DNA of 64,000 bases from a virus, in IMG/VR virus record IMGVR_UViG_3300021406_000010, positions 32,001 through 96,000 of that record; one strand, given 5' to 3'. Position 1 is the stretch's first letter. Each line of letters opens with the position of its first letter. This document shows positions 26,461 to 35,370 of this stretch, in pieces. Made by a program: the position numbers and the translations under genes. A model generated the notes under the pieces. It searched no databases. It was not told the origin of the DNA and saw only the letters and a program-made list of their open reading frames with translations.

Positions 26461-29400
26461 GGTAGTAGCGGTCCTGCGCGCCTTCCGGCCCCCGGGCGTG
26501 GATGACGCCGTAGGTGCCGTGGTTGTAGCTCCACCCGGCCGGGGACGGGGGCGTCCATTCCGGTTCGCCGTTCTCCTCAAAGTGGGCGACCACCGGCGGG
26601 AGGTGCAGGCTGCTCTCGCTCGGCGTCAGCGGCCGGAACGGCCTGCTGGCCTCCGGGTCGTGCAGCACGCGCTCGAACTCCCCGTTCCTCCTGGGAGTGC
26701 CGCCGAAGAAGTCGGTGTGCTCCGAGAGCTGGAAGACGTCCGGCCACTGCCGCTCGCCGGGGAGGCCGCGCTGGGTTTCGTGCTGGTGCGTCGAGTTGGT
26801 GCGCTGGTGCTCACCGGCGTGCCACCGCTCCTGGTTCTTCGGGGACATGTGCAGGTCGGAGGTGCGGGAGTCCATCCCGTGCATGTGGTGCATGTGGTCG
26901 CGCAGCTCGCCCTCCCTGGGCGGCTCCACGTAGGGCAGCGCCGCGCGCCTGGCGGCCTCCGCCGCCGCCTGGCTCCTCTCGTACGCGTCGTCCTCATCCT
27001 CGGTGTCGCGGCCTTCATCATCGTCATCCTCGTGGCCACCCTGGATGTCGTCGTCCCAATCGTCCTCGTCCATGGCAGTGGCTTCCAGGACAGCCTCGTG
27101 GTGGCGGCCCTCCTCGTCGAACAACGGGTCCATGTGCCGCTGGCCGCCGGGCCACTGGCGCTGCGCCTCGTCCTCGGGCAGGCACTCGGCGCCGGTGTGC
27201 CGCTGGGTGACGTCCACCTGGTCCTCACCGAAGGCGATGGCACACCGGTTGGCATCCTTCTCCGAGCTGAGGCCATCACACGGCGACTTCTCGAAGGCGT
27301 TCCCGTACACGATCCCGTCATGGCCCTGAGACCGCAGGTGGGCGATATGCCGCTGGGCTATCTCGTACTTCTCCGGGTGGGCGTTCAGCCAGCCGGTCGC
27401 GTACGGATGCACCTGCCGGTGCTGGCGCATGTAGTGCTCGCTCGGCTCGTCCTGGCGGCGCATCCGCTCGCCGTCGTCGGCGTAGTCGTAGGCCACCCCG
27501 ACGTCAGACCCTTCGTCGTGGTACTCCTTCAGCTCCGGGTCCAGGTGCCGCTCGATGTGGTTGCCGGCCTTCCACTCCCGCTCGTATGCCTCCTGGTCCA
27601 TGTCGTGCTCGGAGGCGTAATGCTTCGGGCTCCTCATGAGGAGCCGGGCGTGGATGACGTTCTCCTGCGGGCCGCCCTGCGGGAAGCCGCCGGATGGGTG
27701 GTCGCCGTGGGCGAACTGCTCGGCCACCTTGTGGCAGGCGGTGAAGTGGTGGCCCAGCAGCGTGTTCCAGTGCGACGTGTCGTCGGGGTCGTCCTCGTAC
27801 TCCAGGTCGCTGTACGGCCGGTCGCCGCCGAAGTCCCCGAACCGGTGCGGGGAGCCGTGGAACCACTCCAGTCCCCGGGTGTGCGGGTTCGGGTACGGGG
27901 CGCGGCCCGGTGCGGGATCATGGAGATCATGGCGCTCGCCCTCCGAGGCGAGCGAGGATCGCAACGGGTACGCGGCTGCCGCTGCGGTCACCGGCCTTGT
28001 CCTTCCCGTGCTGGGGCGCGCCGCGACGGCCTCGCGCCGGGCGGGGGCCGAGGGAGGCCCCTCCGGCGGGTCGCGGCGCTCGCGCCCCTTCAGCCCGCGC
28101 GCCCACTTCTTGCCCTGTTCCGTCTGGTCCTTCGAGTGCCTCGCCTTCGGGGACATCTCCTGCGACCAATCCCACATCGCGGTGGCCAGGCCCCGGGCCT
28201 GGTGGTCGCGCCCGTCGCCGAGCAGGGACCCCCTGGCGGTGTCGTCCTCGTCGCCGGCCACGTCCATGTGGTGGACCCAGCCGGTGGCGCCGAACCAGTT
28301 CAGGCGGCCGACGACACGGCCCTCGGGGGTGTGCGCCTCGATGAAGTGGCGGGGCTTACGCTCCCCCATGTCCTCCGTGCGGTAGCGCAGCGTGTAGTAC
28401 CCGAAGGGCCGCTCATCGCCGTCCCGCTGGCGCGAGGCGCGCTTAGGCGACAGGGGCGGCTCCTCGTGCGGTGCCACGATCGCGGGCGGCTCGTCGCGGG
28501 CCGCCTCCCTCGGCGGGACGCGCATCTTGTGGCTGCAGTACTCGTGCATGTGCAGGGCCTCGCGCGGCTCGCCCCAGTAGCCCCACTCCTGCAGGTCGTC
28601 GCCGTTCCCGTTGCGGACGTCCTGCGCCCGGACGGTGGTGCCCCAGATGTGGTACCTGCCAGGGTGGTCAGCGGGCAGGCTGCCCGACGGCGGGTCGTTC
28701 ACCTCGGCGGCAGTCTGCTCGGCGTACTTCCGGTTCAGGGCCACCCAGTCGCCTGGGTTGAACTGGCCCCGCTTGGCGTTGCGGGACTCCGGGTTGAGCG
28801 CCGGGGCGGCCCGCCAGATGCGGACCTTCGCGCCGGGCTTGCCGCGCGCCCTGCGGATCATGCGCAGGTGGTCATGGCCGAACTGGCCCTCGCCGAAGTC
28901 ATACCACTCAGGGTGGTCGTAGACGTCGGCGGGGAAAGTGTCGCCCTGCGTCAGGTCGTGCAGCGGCGCAGCCTCGTCGTTCGGGCGGTGGCTGACGCCG
29001 TAGTCCTCCGGGGTGGCCGCCGCCTCGAAGTGGGCCACCACCTCCGCCACCGGGGCGGCGGGCGGCTCGGCCGCCGCCTGGTGCCGCTGCTTCCACCGCC
29101 GGATGCGCGGGTCCTCCTGCTCCAGGTGCTCGCGCGTGCCGCCCGCCTCGCCATGCCAGGCGTTCAGGGCCTCCTCCACGTGCCGGGGACCGACGTGGGC
29201 GGCCAGCTCCCCGGTCTTGGGGTCGGTGTCCAGCCCGGTGACGTCGTGGGCGTACTCCCCGGTGGCCTGGTGGTGCAGCTGCAGGTACATGCCGCCGAAG
29301 CTGCGGCCCGTCCAGCCGGACGGCCTCCCAGACGGAAGGCGGTGCTCCAGTTCGTAGTACGGCTCGCCGTCGTCCCTGAACCTGATCTTGCCGCGCCCGC

Positions 29401-30820
29401 CCTCGTAGCGGGTCATCAGCTCCTGGCCGTTGCGCAGCGCCCGGTCGGACTGGCGGGACTCCTCGGTGCCGCCGGGGTCCTCGATGTCCTGGACCTTCCT
29501 GAACAGAGCATCACCGAACGCCTTCCCCGCCTCCTGGGACTGGCGCTTGTGGTCGATGTAGTCCCGGCTGGCCTCGGCCTGGTGCTGGGTCTCGAAGCCC
29601 CGGGCGTTGCCGGTCATCGCGTGGCGGCCCGCGTTGTCGACGACGTGGAAGCGATTGGTCTGCGGGTGGCGGACCACCTCGTACGGGCCGTGCCACTCCT
29701 CGCTAGGGCTGTAGCCCTGCGGCTCGTGCACGCGCGGCTCCGGCCGGGCGGCCAGCTCCAGGTCATAAGCGCTGACCCGGGAGTGCGGGAACTGCGGCGG
29801 GTTGCGGCGCAGGTGCTCCCGGTAGGCCTCGTGCAGCCCGACGGCGTCGACCTCTCCGGGATGCGTGCGGCGGACCTCGTCCGGCTCGCGACGGGTGGTC
29901 AGCCGGTACCAGTCCTGCATGGCGCTGCTGTTGCCGGAGAACATGCCACGGCTGCCGTCGTAGGCGCCCTCGTTCGGGTGGGTGGACCTGCCCTCGCGGT
30001 CCACGACGTGGTAGGTGGCGTTGCGCTCCCGCTCGCTGTAGTCGCGGCCCTTCTCGCGCTCCGGGTCCCGGGTCACGTAGTAGGGGCCGTGGTCGGGGGC
30101 GGTCAGGTGCGGGTGCTCCTCCAGCCTGCGGTTACCCGGGTCGCGCTGGCCATCGCGCATCCGGGCCAGGAAGTGCCCCGCCACCGGGGACTCGCCCGTG
30201 GGGGTGGCGAACACGTCCTCGCTCTCGGGAACATCGGCGGCTGCCTCGAAGTGGCCGAGCAGGTCATCGCCCGCGCTGGCCTTGCGGAGTTGCCGCTGAT
30301 GCGCTTCCATGCGCTCATAGTCCTCACGCGTGAAGTCCCAGTCCGGCCCCCATCCGTGCGGGCTGCCCAGGTAATGCCTGCCCTCCTGGTAATCCCCATG
30401 GTCGCCGCTCCACTCCTCGTGCAGCCTGACGACGCGCAACGGATGATCAGTAATCCGCGATCCACCGTGTCGCAGCTGGCCCCGCCTGGTGCCCCCAAGG
30501 TTCTCCGGGTCATGCATGTGCGGGCCTGTCGGCTCTACCTCATAGACTCGCGCTCGCCCGGACTCCCCGTACCGGTCAGCTCCTGGCGGCTCGTGGGCAC
30601 CGTCAGCGAACCAGCGAGCCTGGCCGGGGTTGACCGACATGTAGAGGGGCTTGCCTGTCACTGACTGCCACTTCGGCAGCCTGCCCACGTGCTCGTAGTT
30701 CCGGTGCGCGGCGGCTTCCTCGCCAGTCAGCAGGTCCCCGGGATGCAGTTCGTACCGCGTGCCGTGAAAGAAGGGGCCGCGCTCCTCGTCGAGGAAGCCT
30801 GCCCGCCGCTCATCGCCCAT
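26309..30820 (-). CDS. Giant polyvalent protein A, N-terminal part: Arr-like ART, unknown repeat domain, ART-like, GNAT, PolyVal-type ART, His-rich module
   Basis: FFHGT..VYEVEPTG..HPLRVVR; IWRA..GDWV..YA..EWGY; HQARGLATAMWD..HS..QT..G..WA; WFHGS..GHHFT..GHDGIVY.N..E; ATG 30820 lies 7 nt after a -10 box. Confidence 0.85.
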   Translation of the reverse strand: MGDERRAGFLDEERGPFFHGTRYELHPGDLLTGEEAAAHRNYEHVGRLPKWQSVTGKPLYMSVNPGQARWFADGAHEPPGADRYGESGRARVYEVEPTGPHMHDPENLGGTRRGQLRHGGSRITDHPLRVVRLHEEWSGDHGDYQEGRHYLGSPHGWGPDWDFTREDYERMEAHQRQLRKASAGDDLLGHFEAAADVPESEDVFATPTGESPVAGHFLARMRDGQRDPGNRRLEEHPHLTAPDHGPYYVTRDPEREKGRDYSERERNATYHVVDREGRSTHPNEGAYDGSRGMFSGNSSAMQDWYRLTTRREPDEVRRTHPGEVDAVGLHEAYREHLRRNPPQFPHSRVSAYDLELAARPEPRVHEPQGYSPSEEWHGPYEVVRHPQTNRFHVVDNAGRHAMTGNARGFETQHQAEASRDYIDHKRQSQEAGKAFGDALFRKVQDIEDPGGTEESRQSDRALRNGQELMTRYEGGRGKIRFRDDGEPYYELEHRLPSGRPSGWTGRSFGGMYLQLHHQATGEYAHDVTGLDTDPKTGELAAHVGPRHVEEALNAWHGEAGGTREHLEQEDPRIRRWKQRHQAAAEPPAAPVAEVVAHFEAAATPEDYGVSHRPNDEAAPLHDLTQGDTFPADVYDHPEWYDFGEGQFGHDHLRMIRRARGKPGAKVRIWRAAPALNPESRNAKRGQFNPGDWVALNRKYAEQTAAEVNDPPSGSLPADHPGRYHIWGTTVRAQDVRNGNGDDLQEWGYWGEPREALHMHEYCSHKMRVPPREAARDEPPAIVAPHEEPPLSPKRASRQRDGDERPFGYYTLRYRTEDMGERKPRHFIEAHTPEGRVVGRLNWFGATGWVHHMDVAGDEDDTARGSLLGDGRDHQARGLATAMWDWSQEMSPKARHSKDQTEQGKKWARGLKGRERRDPPEGPPSAPARREAVAARPSTGRTRPVTAAAAAYPLRSSLASEGERHDLHDPAPGRAPYPNPHTRGLEWFHGSPHRFGDFGGDRPYSDLEYEDDPDDTSHWNTLLGHHFTACHKVAEQFAHGDHPSGGFPQGGPQENVIHARLLMRSPKHYASEHDMDQEAYEREWKAGNHIERHLDPELKEYHDEGSDVGVAYDYADDGERMRRQDEPSEHYMRQHRQVHPYATGWLNAHPEKYEIAQRHIAHLRSQGHDGIVYGNAFEKSPCDGLSSEKDANRCAIAFGEDQVDVTQRHTGAECLPEDEAQRQWPGGQRHMDPLFDEEGRHHEAVLEATAMDEDDWDDDIQGGHEDDDDEGRDTEDEDDAYERSQAAAEAARRAALPYVEPPREGELRDHMHHMHGMDSRTSDLHMSPKNQERWHAGEHQRTNSTHQHETQRGLPGERQWPDVFQLSEHTDFFGGTPRRNGEFERVLHDPEASRPFRPLTPSESSLHLPPVVAHFEENGEPEWTPPSPAGWSYNHGTYGVIHARGPEGAQDRYYPATLAWRTTGTRWTPRDRSTTGPGTRSRPAATSSQGTPATSPTSRWSTST

Positions 30821-30827
30821 GCCCTCA

Positions 30828-30850
30828 ACGATAGCAAGAAAACCTGCATT
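30828..30850 (-). promoter_or_regulatory. Conserved promoter/operator motif copy (leaderless, upstream of polyvalent gene A)
   Basis: AATGCAGGTTTTCTTGCTATCGT on the - strand. Confidence 0.7.
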
Positions 30851-30904
30851 AGTCATAGCCGCCTCCCGCAACTTCCGGGCGGGAAGAATAGCGGGAGGCG
30901 GGGC

Positions 30905-31129
30905 CTAGGAGGCGACGGGCATGGCCTGCGCCAGGAACTCCTGGCAGGGGCCGCCCTCGGGGCCCGCCGTGCAGGCGAACGCCCGGCACGCGGTGGTGCC
31001 GTTGGAGTGCAGGGCGTACGGGTGCCGGCACCGGGCACAGGGGCCGGAGCGAGACCGGGAGGCCTGCGGGACCAGGGTCTTCTCCTGGGGGAAGGGAGCC
31101 TCGCGCGTCATCGTCTCTCCTTCCGTCAC
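30905..31129 (-). CDS. Small Cys/His-rich protein
   Basis: CARCRHPYALH...CRAFAC...CQEF. Confidence 0.55.
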   Translation of the reverse strand: MTEGETMTREAPFPQEKTLVPQASRSRSGPCARCRHPYALHSNGTTACRAFACTAGPEGGPCQEFLAQAMPVAS

Positions 31130-31189
31130 GTGGCAATCATCCTGTCCAGGATACCGTGATGATCACCAGCGGCTGAAGGGGGCGCGCCG

Positions 31190-33310
31190 TCAGGACCGGT
31201 GCCGCCGCATGGCGGCCGGGGAGCGGCCGAGGCCCGGCGGCATCCGGGACCCGGGGACGGGGCGGGTGCCACGGGACAGGCCGCCCCGGCCGGTCATCCC
31301 GCCGAGGGACGTGGCGTAGGGGTTCTGCGCCTCCGGGTTGAACCGCTGCAGCGCGTCGTAGTCGCCCATCGCCGCGTGCGGGCGCAGGGACCGCAAGTCA
31401 GAGCTGATGTAGGCCTTCATCTGCTCGCCCAGCAGCCGGGCCACGGTAATCGAGCAGGCGTCGGCGATGTCCTTGGTCCGCACCGGGCCGGAGTCCGCGC
31501 ACACCACCTTCGCCTGGCCCTCCGGCTTCTGCACGAACCGGAGCTCGTCCCGCAGCTCCCCGTGCGGGGGGCAGTGCGCCAGGCCCATGTTGAGGCACGC
31601 CTTGAACGTCTCCCAGGTCGCCCAGTTCAGGGCGGCGGTCGCGGTCCGCTCCCACACCATCACGTTCTTCTGGAGATGGGCGCGGCGGACCATCTTCTGC
31701 AGCGCCTGGACCGACGCGGCGGCGTTCCACTGGTCGAAGGACAGCTGGCCCGGCTGGAACGGCAGGACGACGTTGGCCATGATCCAGTCGCGGACCTCGT
31801 CGTAGTCGATCGTGTGGCCCTCGAAGTCGGCCGGGTCCCAGAAGTGCACCAGGTCGATGACCGCGTGGGCCAGCTGCGGCTCGCCCGGCACGGGGAGGCC
31901 CGGCTCGGCGTGCGCCACCACCAGGCCGAACCGGCAGTTCACCGACGACGGGTCACCGTGCGCGGTGTAGGAGACGGACAAGGGGCCGCGCGCCTGCATG
32001 ACCAGCTCGGGCCGTCCCCAGGCGGGGTCGCGGCCCTGCCACGGGGCGAACATGTCGTCGATCCGGGCGGCGTTCAGGTAGGCGTCGAGGGCAGTCTGCC
32101 AATCCGATCGCCTCTCGACGGCGAACGCGTCAGGGTTGGCCTTCTCCTCCCGCGCCATCTCCTCGTCATAGGCCTGGATGGCACCCCGCAGGGACTGCAG
32201 CACCGGCAGGCGCTCCGGGTCATGCTCACCGAGGTCGCCAGTGAAGCCCTCCGGGAACAGCGGCAGCAGGTGCGCCCGCTCCCAGTCCTCGTAGATCGCC
32301 CAGGACTCCAGCTGGACCATCAGCTTGGTCGGGTAGGCGGGCATCACCTCGCCCGGCTCGGGGGCGGGCTCGGACTGCAGGGAAAGGTTCCACAGCTCGT
32401 AGAAGCCGCCGGTCATCTCCCAGGTGGACGAGGGCAGCACGATGAACCCGTCGGTGCCGAACTGGTCGAGCGACGGCCGGGCGGCCTGGTAGATGACCTT
32501 GAACTCCCGCGTCACTCCCGCGTTCTTGACGTGGGCCGCCTCATCAAAGCCGAGGATGCAGCCGGCCGGGCCACGGGGGGCCAGCGGGGTCGACTCGCGG
32601 GGCACGATCCGGAAGGTGGCCGCGTCGCGGGACGAGTCGATGCCTCGCCGGGCCAGCTCGTGCATCCGGACGAAGTCGTACGGGGCGTAGACGGTCAGCG
32701 ACTCGGCCTGCGCCTCGGAGATGTAGGGGGTGAAGCACGGCGCGGTGGTGATCACCGAGTACAGGTCGCCCCACAGGTTCTCCTTCGCCTGCTCGCGCTT
32801 CCCGGCGAAGCAGGCGACGGCCAGCGCCTTCTCCTGGGAGATGCCGTAATGGGCCTGGGGGTTGCCGAGGGACAGGTAGTTCCACAGCACGTACGACATG
32901 CACAGGGCCGAGAAGTACCCCTTGGAGCCGCGCCGGCCGAACGCCAGGATCAGCTCGGGGAACCACCGGTAGCCGCGCTTCTTCAGGTAGGCGATCCGCT
33001 CGTAGAGGTCAGGCTGGATGCCCTTGGTGCGGGCGGAGAACTTCCCGTCGGCGGCGTCCGGGTTGGTGTCGCGGAACCGCTGCTGCCACTCCGCGATCAC
33101 CCGCCGGTCGTAGTCGGTGAACAGGTCATCGCGCAGGAACGCGATCTTGAGGAGGGTCGACTGACGGGGGTACAGGCCCGGCTTGGCCAGCCACTCCTCC
33201 CCCGTCACGAACGTGACCGGGTCCGGCACCGGCGGCCCGTCGTACCACCCCAGCATGTCCAGCGGGCCGACGGCGGTGGTGTCAGGCGCCTGCCAGCGGC
33301 TGATCGCCAC
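31190..33310 (-). CDS. terL: Terminase large subunit
   Basis: LYPRQ adenine motif, GRRGSKG Walker A, ILGFDEAAH Walker B, nuclease acidic motifs HGDPS / FDQWN / KDIADA. Confidence 0.85.
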   Translation of the reverse strand: MAISRWQAPDTTAVGPLDMLGWYDGPPVPDPVTFVTGEEWLAKPGLYPRQSTLLKIAFLRDDLFTDYDRRVIAEWQQRFRDTNPDAADGKFSARTKGIQPDLYERIAYLKKRGYRWFPELILAFGRRGSKGYFSALCMSYVLWNYLSLGNPQAHYGISQEKALAVACFAGKREQAKENLWGDLYSVITTAPCFTPYISEAQAESLTVYAPYDFVRMHELARRGIDSSRDAATFRIVPRESTPLAPRGPAGCILGFDEAAHVKNAGVTREFKVIYQAARPSLDQFGTDGFIVLPSSTWEMTGGFYELWNLSLQSEPAPEPGEVMPAYPTKLMVQLESWAIYEDWERAHLLPLFPEGFTGDLGEHDPERLPVLQSLRGAIQAYDEEMAREEKANPDAFAVERRSDWQTALDAYLNAARIDDMFAPWQGRDPAWGRPELVMQARGPLSVSYTAHGDPSSVNCRFGLVVAHAEPGLPVPGEPQLAHAVIDLVHFWDPADFEGHTIDYDEVRDWIMANVVLPFQPGQLSFDQWNAAASVQALQKMVRRAHLQKNVMVWERTATAALNWATWETFKACLNMGLAHCPPHGELRDELRFVQKPEGQAKVVCADSGPVRTKDIADACSITVARLLGEQMKAYISSDLRSLRPHAAMGDYDALQRFNPEAQNPYATSLGGMTGRGGLSRGTRPVPGSRMPPGLGRSPAAMRRHRS

Positions 33311-33593
33311 CGGATGCCCCCGTCGACTGGGTCACCGTGACGATGCCCCGCCAGTCAGGGCGCCCCGTTAGCTCCCAGGCGATGAACCAGACCATGGCCT
33401 CATATCCGGCATTGTGGGACTCCCAGCCGCGCTTGCCCTCGACCTCGTCCCACAGGTCCTCGGCGTCCATGCCGAGGACGGCGGCGACGGCGGTCACCAC
33501 CGGGGGACACTCCGGCTCCTGCCATGCCTCCTCGGCCGCTCGCAGGGCCGTGCCGTAAGCGTCCCACATGAGGCTGATCACGCCAGTCTCCAC
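33282..33593 (-). CDS. Hypothetical protein
   Basis: 103 aa ORF in operon. Confidence 0.55.
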   Translation of the reverse strand: METGVISLMWDAYGTALRAAEEAWQEPECPPVVTAVAAVLGMDAEDLWDEVEGKRGWESHNAGYEAMVWFIAWELTGRPDWRGIVTVTQSTGASGGDQPLAGA

Positions 33594-33889
33594 TGATGGC
33601 CCTCGTCGAGGTAGCCATGCCAGCCGTCGTCGGTGGCCGGGTCACCGCCGATCATGGAGCCGATGCTGTTCCTTACCTCCAGCGAGCCGTCGGGGCACTC
33701 CCTGAACAAGTGCGGCGGGGAGCAGACGTGCTGGACGCTGCGCGCCCTGGGCGGGACGCCGGGGTCCCTCGCGTTCGGCTTGAGGAAGAACACCGCCGGG
33801 ATCCCGTTCGTGTAGCCGCCCGTTGGCCCGAAGTAGTCGCCTGGCCGCTCGATCTCCCCCATCGAGGCGACGCGGCGGCCCGTCAGCAT
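33578..33889 (-). CDS. DUF6527-like protein
   Basis: H...E.PDGSLEVRNSI...WHGYL..G.W pattern. Confidence 0.5.
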   Translation of the reverse strand: MLTGRRVASMGEIERPGDYFGPTGGYTNGIPAVFFLKPNARDPGVPPRARSVQHVCSPPHLFRECPDGSLEVRNSIGSMIGGDPATDDGWHGYLDEGHQWRLA

Positions 33890-33933
33890 CGCGCCTGCTG
33901 GACACCGGCAATGATGCTTGCCATCCTGTGATC

Positions 33934-34098
33934 ATGTCGACGTACGCGGTGGCCTTCTTCCTCGGGGGCCTCCTGGCCGGATACCCCTGCTACCTGTTCG
34001 GGGTGCACCGGGCGCTGCGCCACCTCGGGTCGGCCGAGTACCGCAAGCGCAAGGAAGAGATCGAGGCCGAGCGGGCCAGGACCCGGCTGCACCTGTAG
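33934..34098 (+). CDS. Small membrane protein on the opposite strand (54 aa)
   Basis: Hydrophobic N-terminus; CATCCT 6 nt upstream of ATG within a degenerate motif copy. Confidence 0.5.
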   Translation: MSTYAVAFFLGGLLAGYPCYLFGVHRALRHLGSAEYRKRKEEIEAERARTRLHL

Positions 34099-34199
34099 CC
34101 GGGCATGAGAGCCCGGCGGCAGGCCGCACCGCCCGCAGGGCACCAAGCCGTTCTCGTCGTACGCGCCCAGGCCGTTGCGGCTCCAGGGATGCGGGACCA

Positions 34200-34958
34200 T
34201 CATCCTGGACTCACGGGAGGCAACGGCGCGAGGCCGGCCCGGATCTCGGCGGCAGTAGGCTCCTTGACGTCTCCCCGGAAGCTGGTCCGCCGGTCAGTGG
34301 CAGTCCGCTCCACGGTGGGCAGGTACGGGTCCCATCCTGGGCCATGGTTCGGCGAGAAGGGCCGCCACAGCTCCGCCATCTCGACTCCGGTATCGAAGGC
34401 GAAGTCCTCCATGCATTCATGCCGGTCCACATCGGACAAACGGTCGAACAACCACCGCGTCCAGGACTGCTCGTTATAGGTCGCGGCCGGGACGGGGAAG
34501 TAGTGGTTGACCCGCATCTGCTCGTCATGGCGGTAGGAGTTGGGGCCGTGCCGCTGGACGATGAGGGTCAGGCCGCGCGCCTCGCCCTTGTGCCTGCCGG
34601 GCTTGTCGCGCTGGCAGTCATCCTCCAGCCACACCCGCCAGCCGAGGTGCCGCCGGTACCGGAGGCGATCAACCAGGCCCGCCAGTTCATCCGGGTAGGG
34701 GGCGACCTGGCGCATGAGCGGGGGAGGCTCATCATCCTCCAGCCCGAAGGCCTCCCCTATGCCAAGGCGAAGCGCCAGCTCGTAGTTCCTGGCCGGGGTC
34801 CCCGGCTCCGCTTCGCCGTCCAGGGGGAGGCCGGCCTTAACGCAGGCGGCTTCCAGCACGGCCCGCAGCAGGCCCTCCGCCGCCCTCTCGCCGAGGGCGC
34901 CAGTCGCCTCGTCAATGGACGCGCTGTCGCCGGGGTTCTTCCCGAATGCGCCGCTCAT
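34200..34958 (-). CDS. Conserved actinophage hypothetical protein
   Basis: VNHYFPVPAATY...WTRWL...HE...PNHGPGWDPY. Confidence 0.7.
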   Translation of the reverse strand: MSGAFGKNPGDSASIDEATGALGERAAEGLLRAVLEAACVKAGLPLDGEAEPGTPARNYELALRLGIGEAFGLEDDEPPPLMRQVAPYPDELAGLVDRLRYRRHLGWRVWLEDDCQRDKPGRHKGEARGLTLIVQRHGPNSYRHDEQMRVNHYFPVPAATYNEQSWTRWLFDRLSDVDRHECMEDFAFDTGVEMAELWRPFSPNHGPGWDPYLPTVERTATDRRTSFRGDVKEPTAAEIRAGLAPLPPVSPG

Positions 34959-34977
34959 GGTCGGCCCTCCTAAGACT

Positions 34978-35370
34978 TCAGTGCTGGTGCCCGTGCCCTC
35001 GGCTGCCGTCGAGGAAGTTCCGCAGCGTGTCCTTGTCGGTGTGGATCCAGCCTTCCTCGCCGATGCCGAGGACGTCGTGGACCGCCTCGTGGACCCTCTT
35101 GTCGGGGTCGAACGGGGGACCGCCGGGGACCCGGCCGGTGATGGTGACCTCCGGCATCGCGCCGTCCTGCAGCTGGCCGGCCGCCGCGAACCGGTACCAG
35201 TTCACGTCCACCGTGAAGCCGATCGCGGCGAACCGGTCGCGGATCTCGCGCTCGAAGTCCGGGTAGTTGTGCCGCTTGGCGGCAGCGCGCTGGTTCAGCT
35301 CAGCGTGCAGGGCGATGACCTGAACGACTTCCGAATCGAGCAGGTCAAGAACGTTCCCGTCATCCGTCAA
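34978..35370 (-). CDS. Hypothetical protein
   Basis: 130 aa ORF in operon. Confidence 0.65.
   Translation of the reverse strand: MTDDGNVLDLLDSEVVQVIALHAELNQRAAAKRHNYPDFEREIRDRFAAIGFTVDVNWYRFAAAGQLQDGAMPEVTITGRVPGGPPFDPDKRVHEAVHDVLGIGEEGWIHTDKDTLRNFLDGSRGHGHQH

Noticed and set aside
26498-30664. 1388-aa + strand ORF (also 31199-33340, 43518-46010, 48983-51094, 57008-59035)
   Set aside because: Antisense shadows of real genes, caused by high-GC codon bias; no motifs
18760-30780. Calling the Arr-like domains bona fide rifampicin-resistance genes (arr)
   Set aside because: Only the core NAD-binding pattern is recognisable; substrate loops are divergent, so specificity cannot be asserted
16810-30820. 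Inteins or Rhs/tape-measure identity for the giant ORFs
   Set aside because: No Hint (C...HN) termini, YD repeats or helical periodicity; the modules carry enzyme motifs instead
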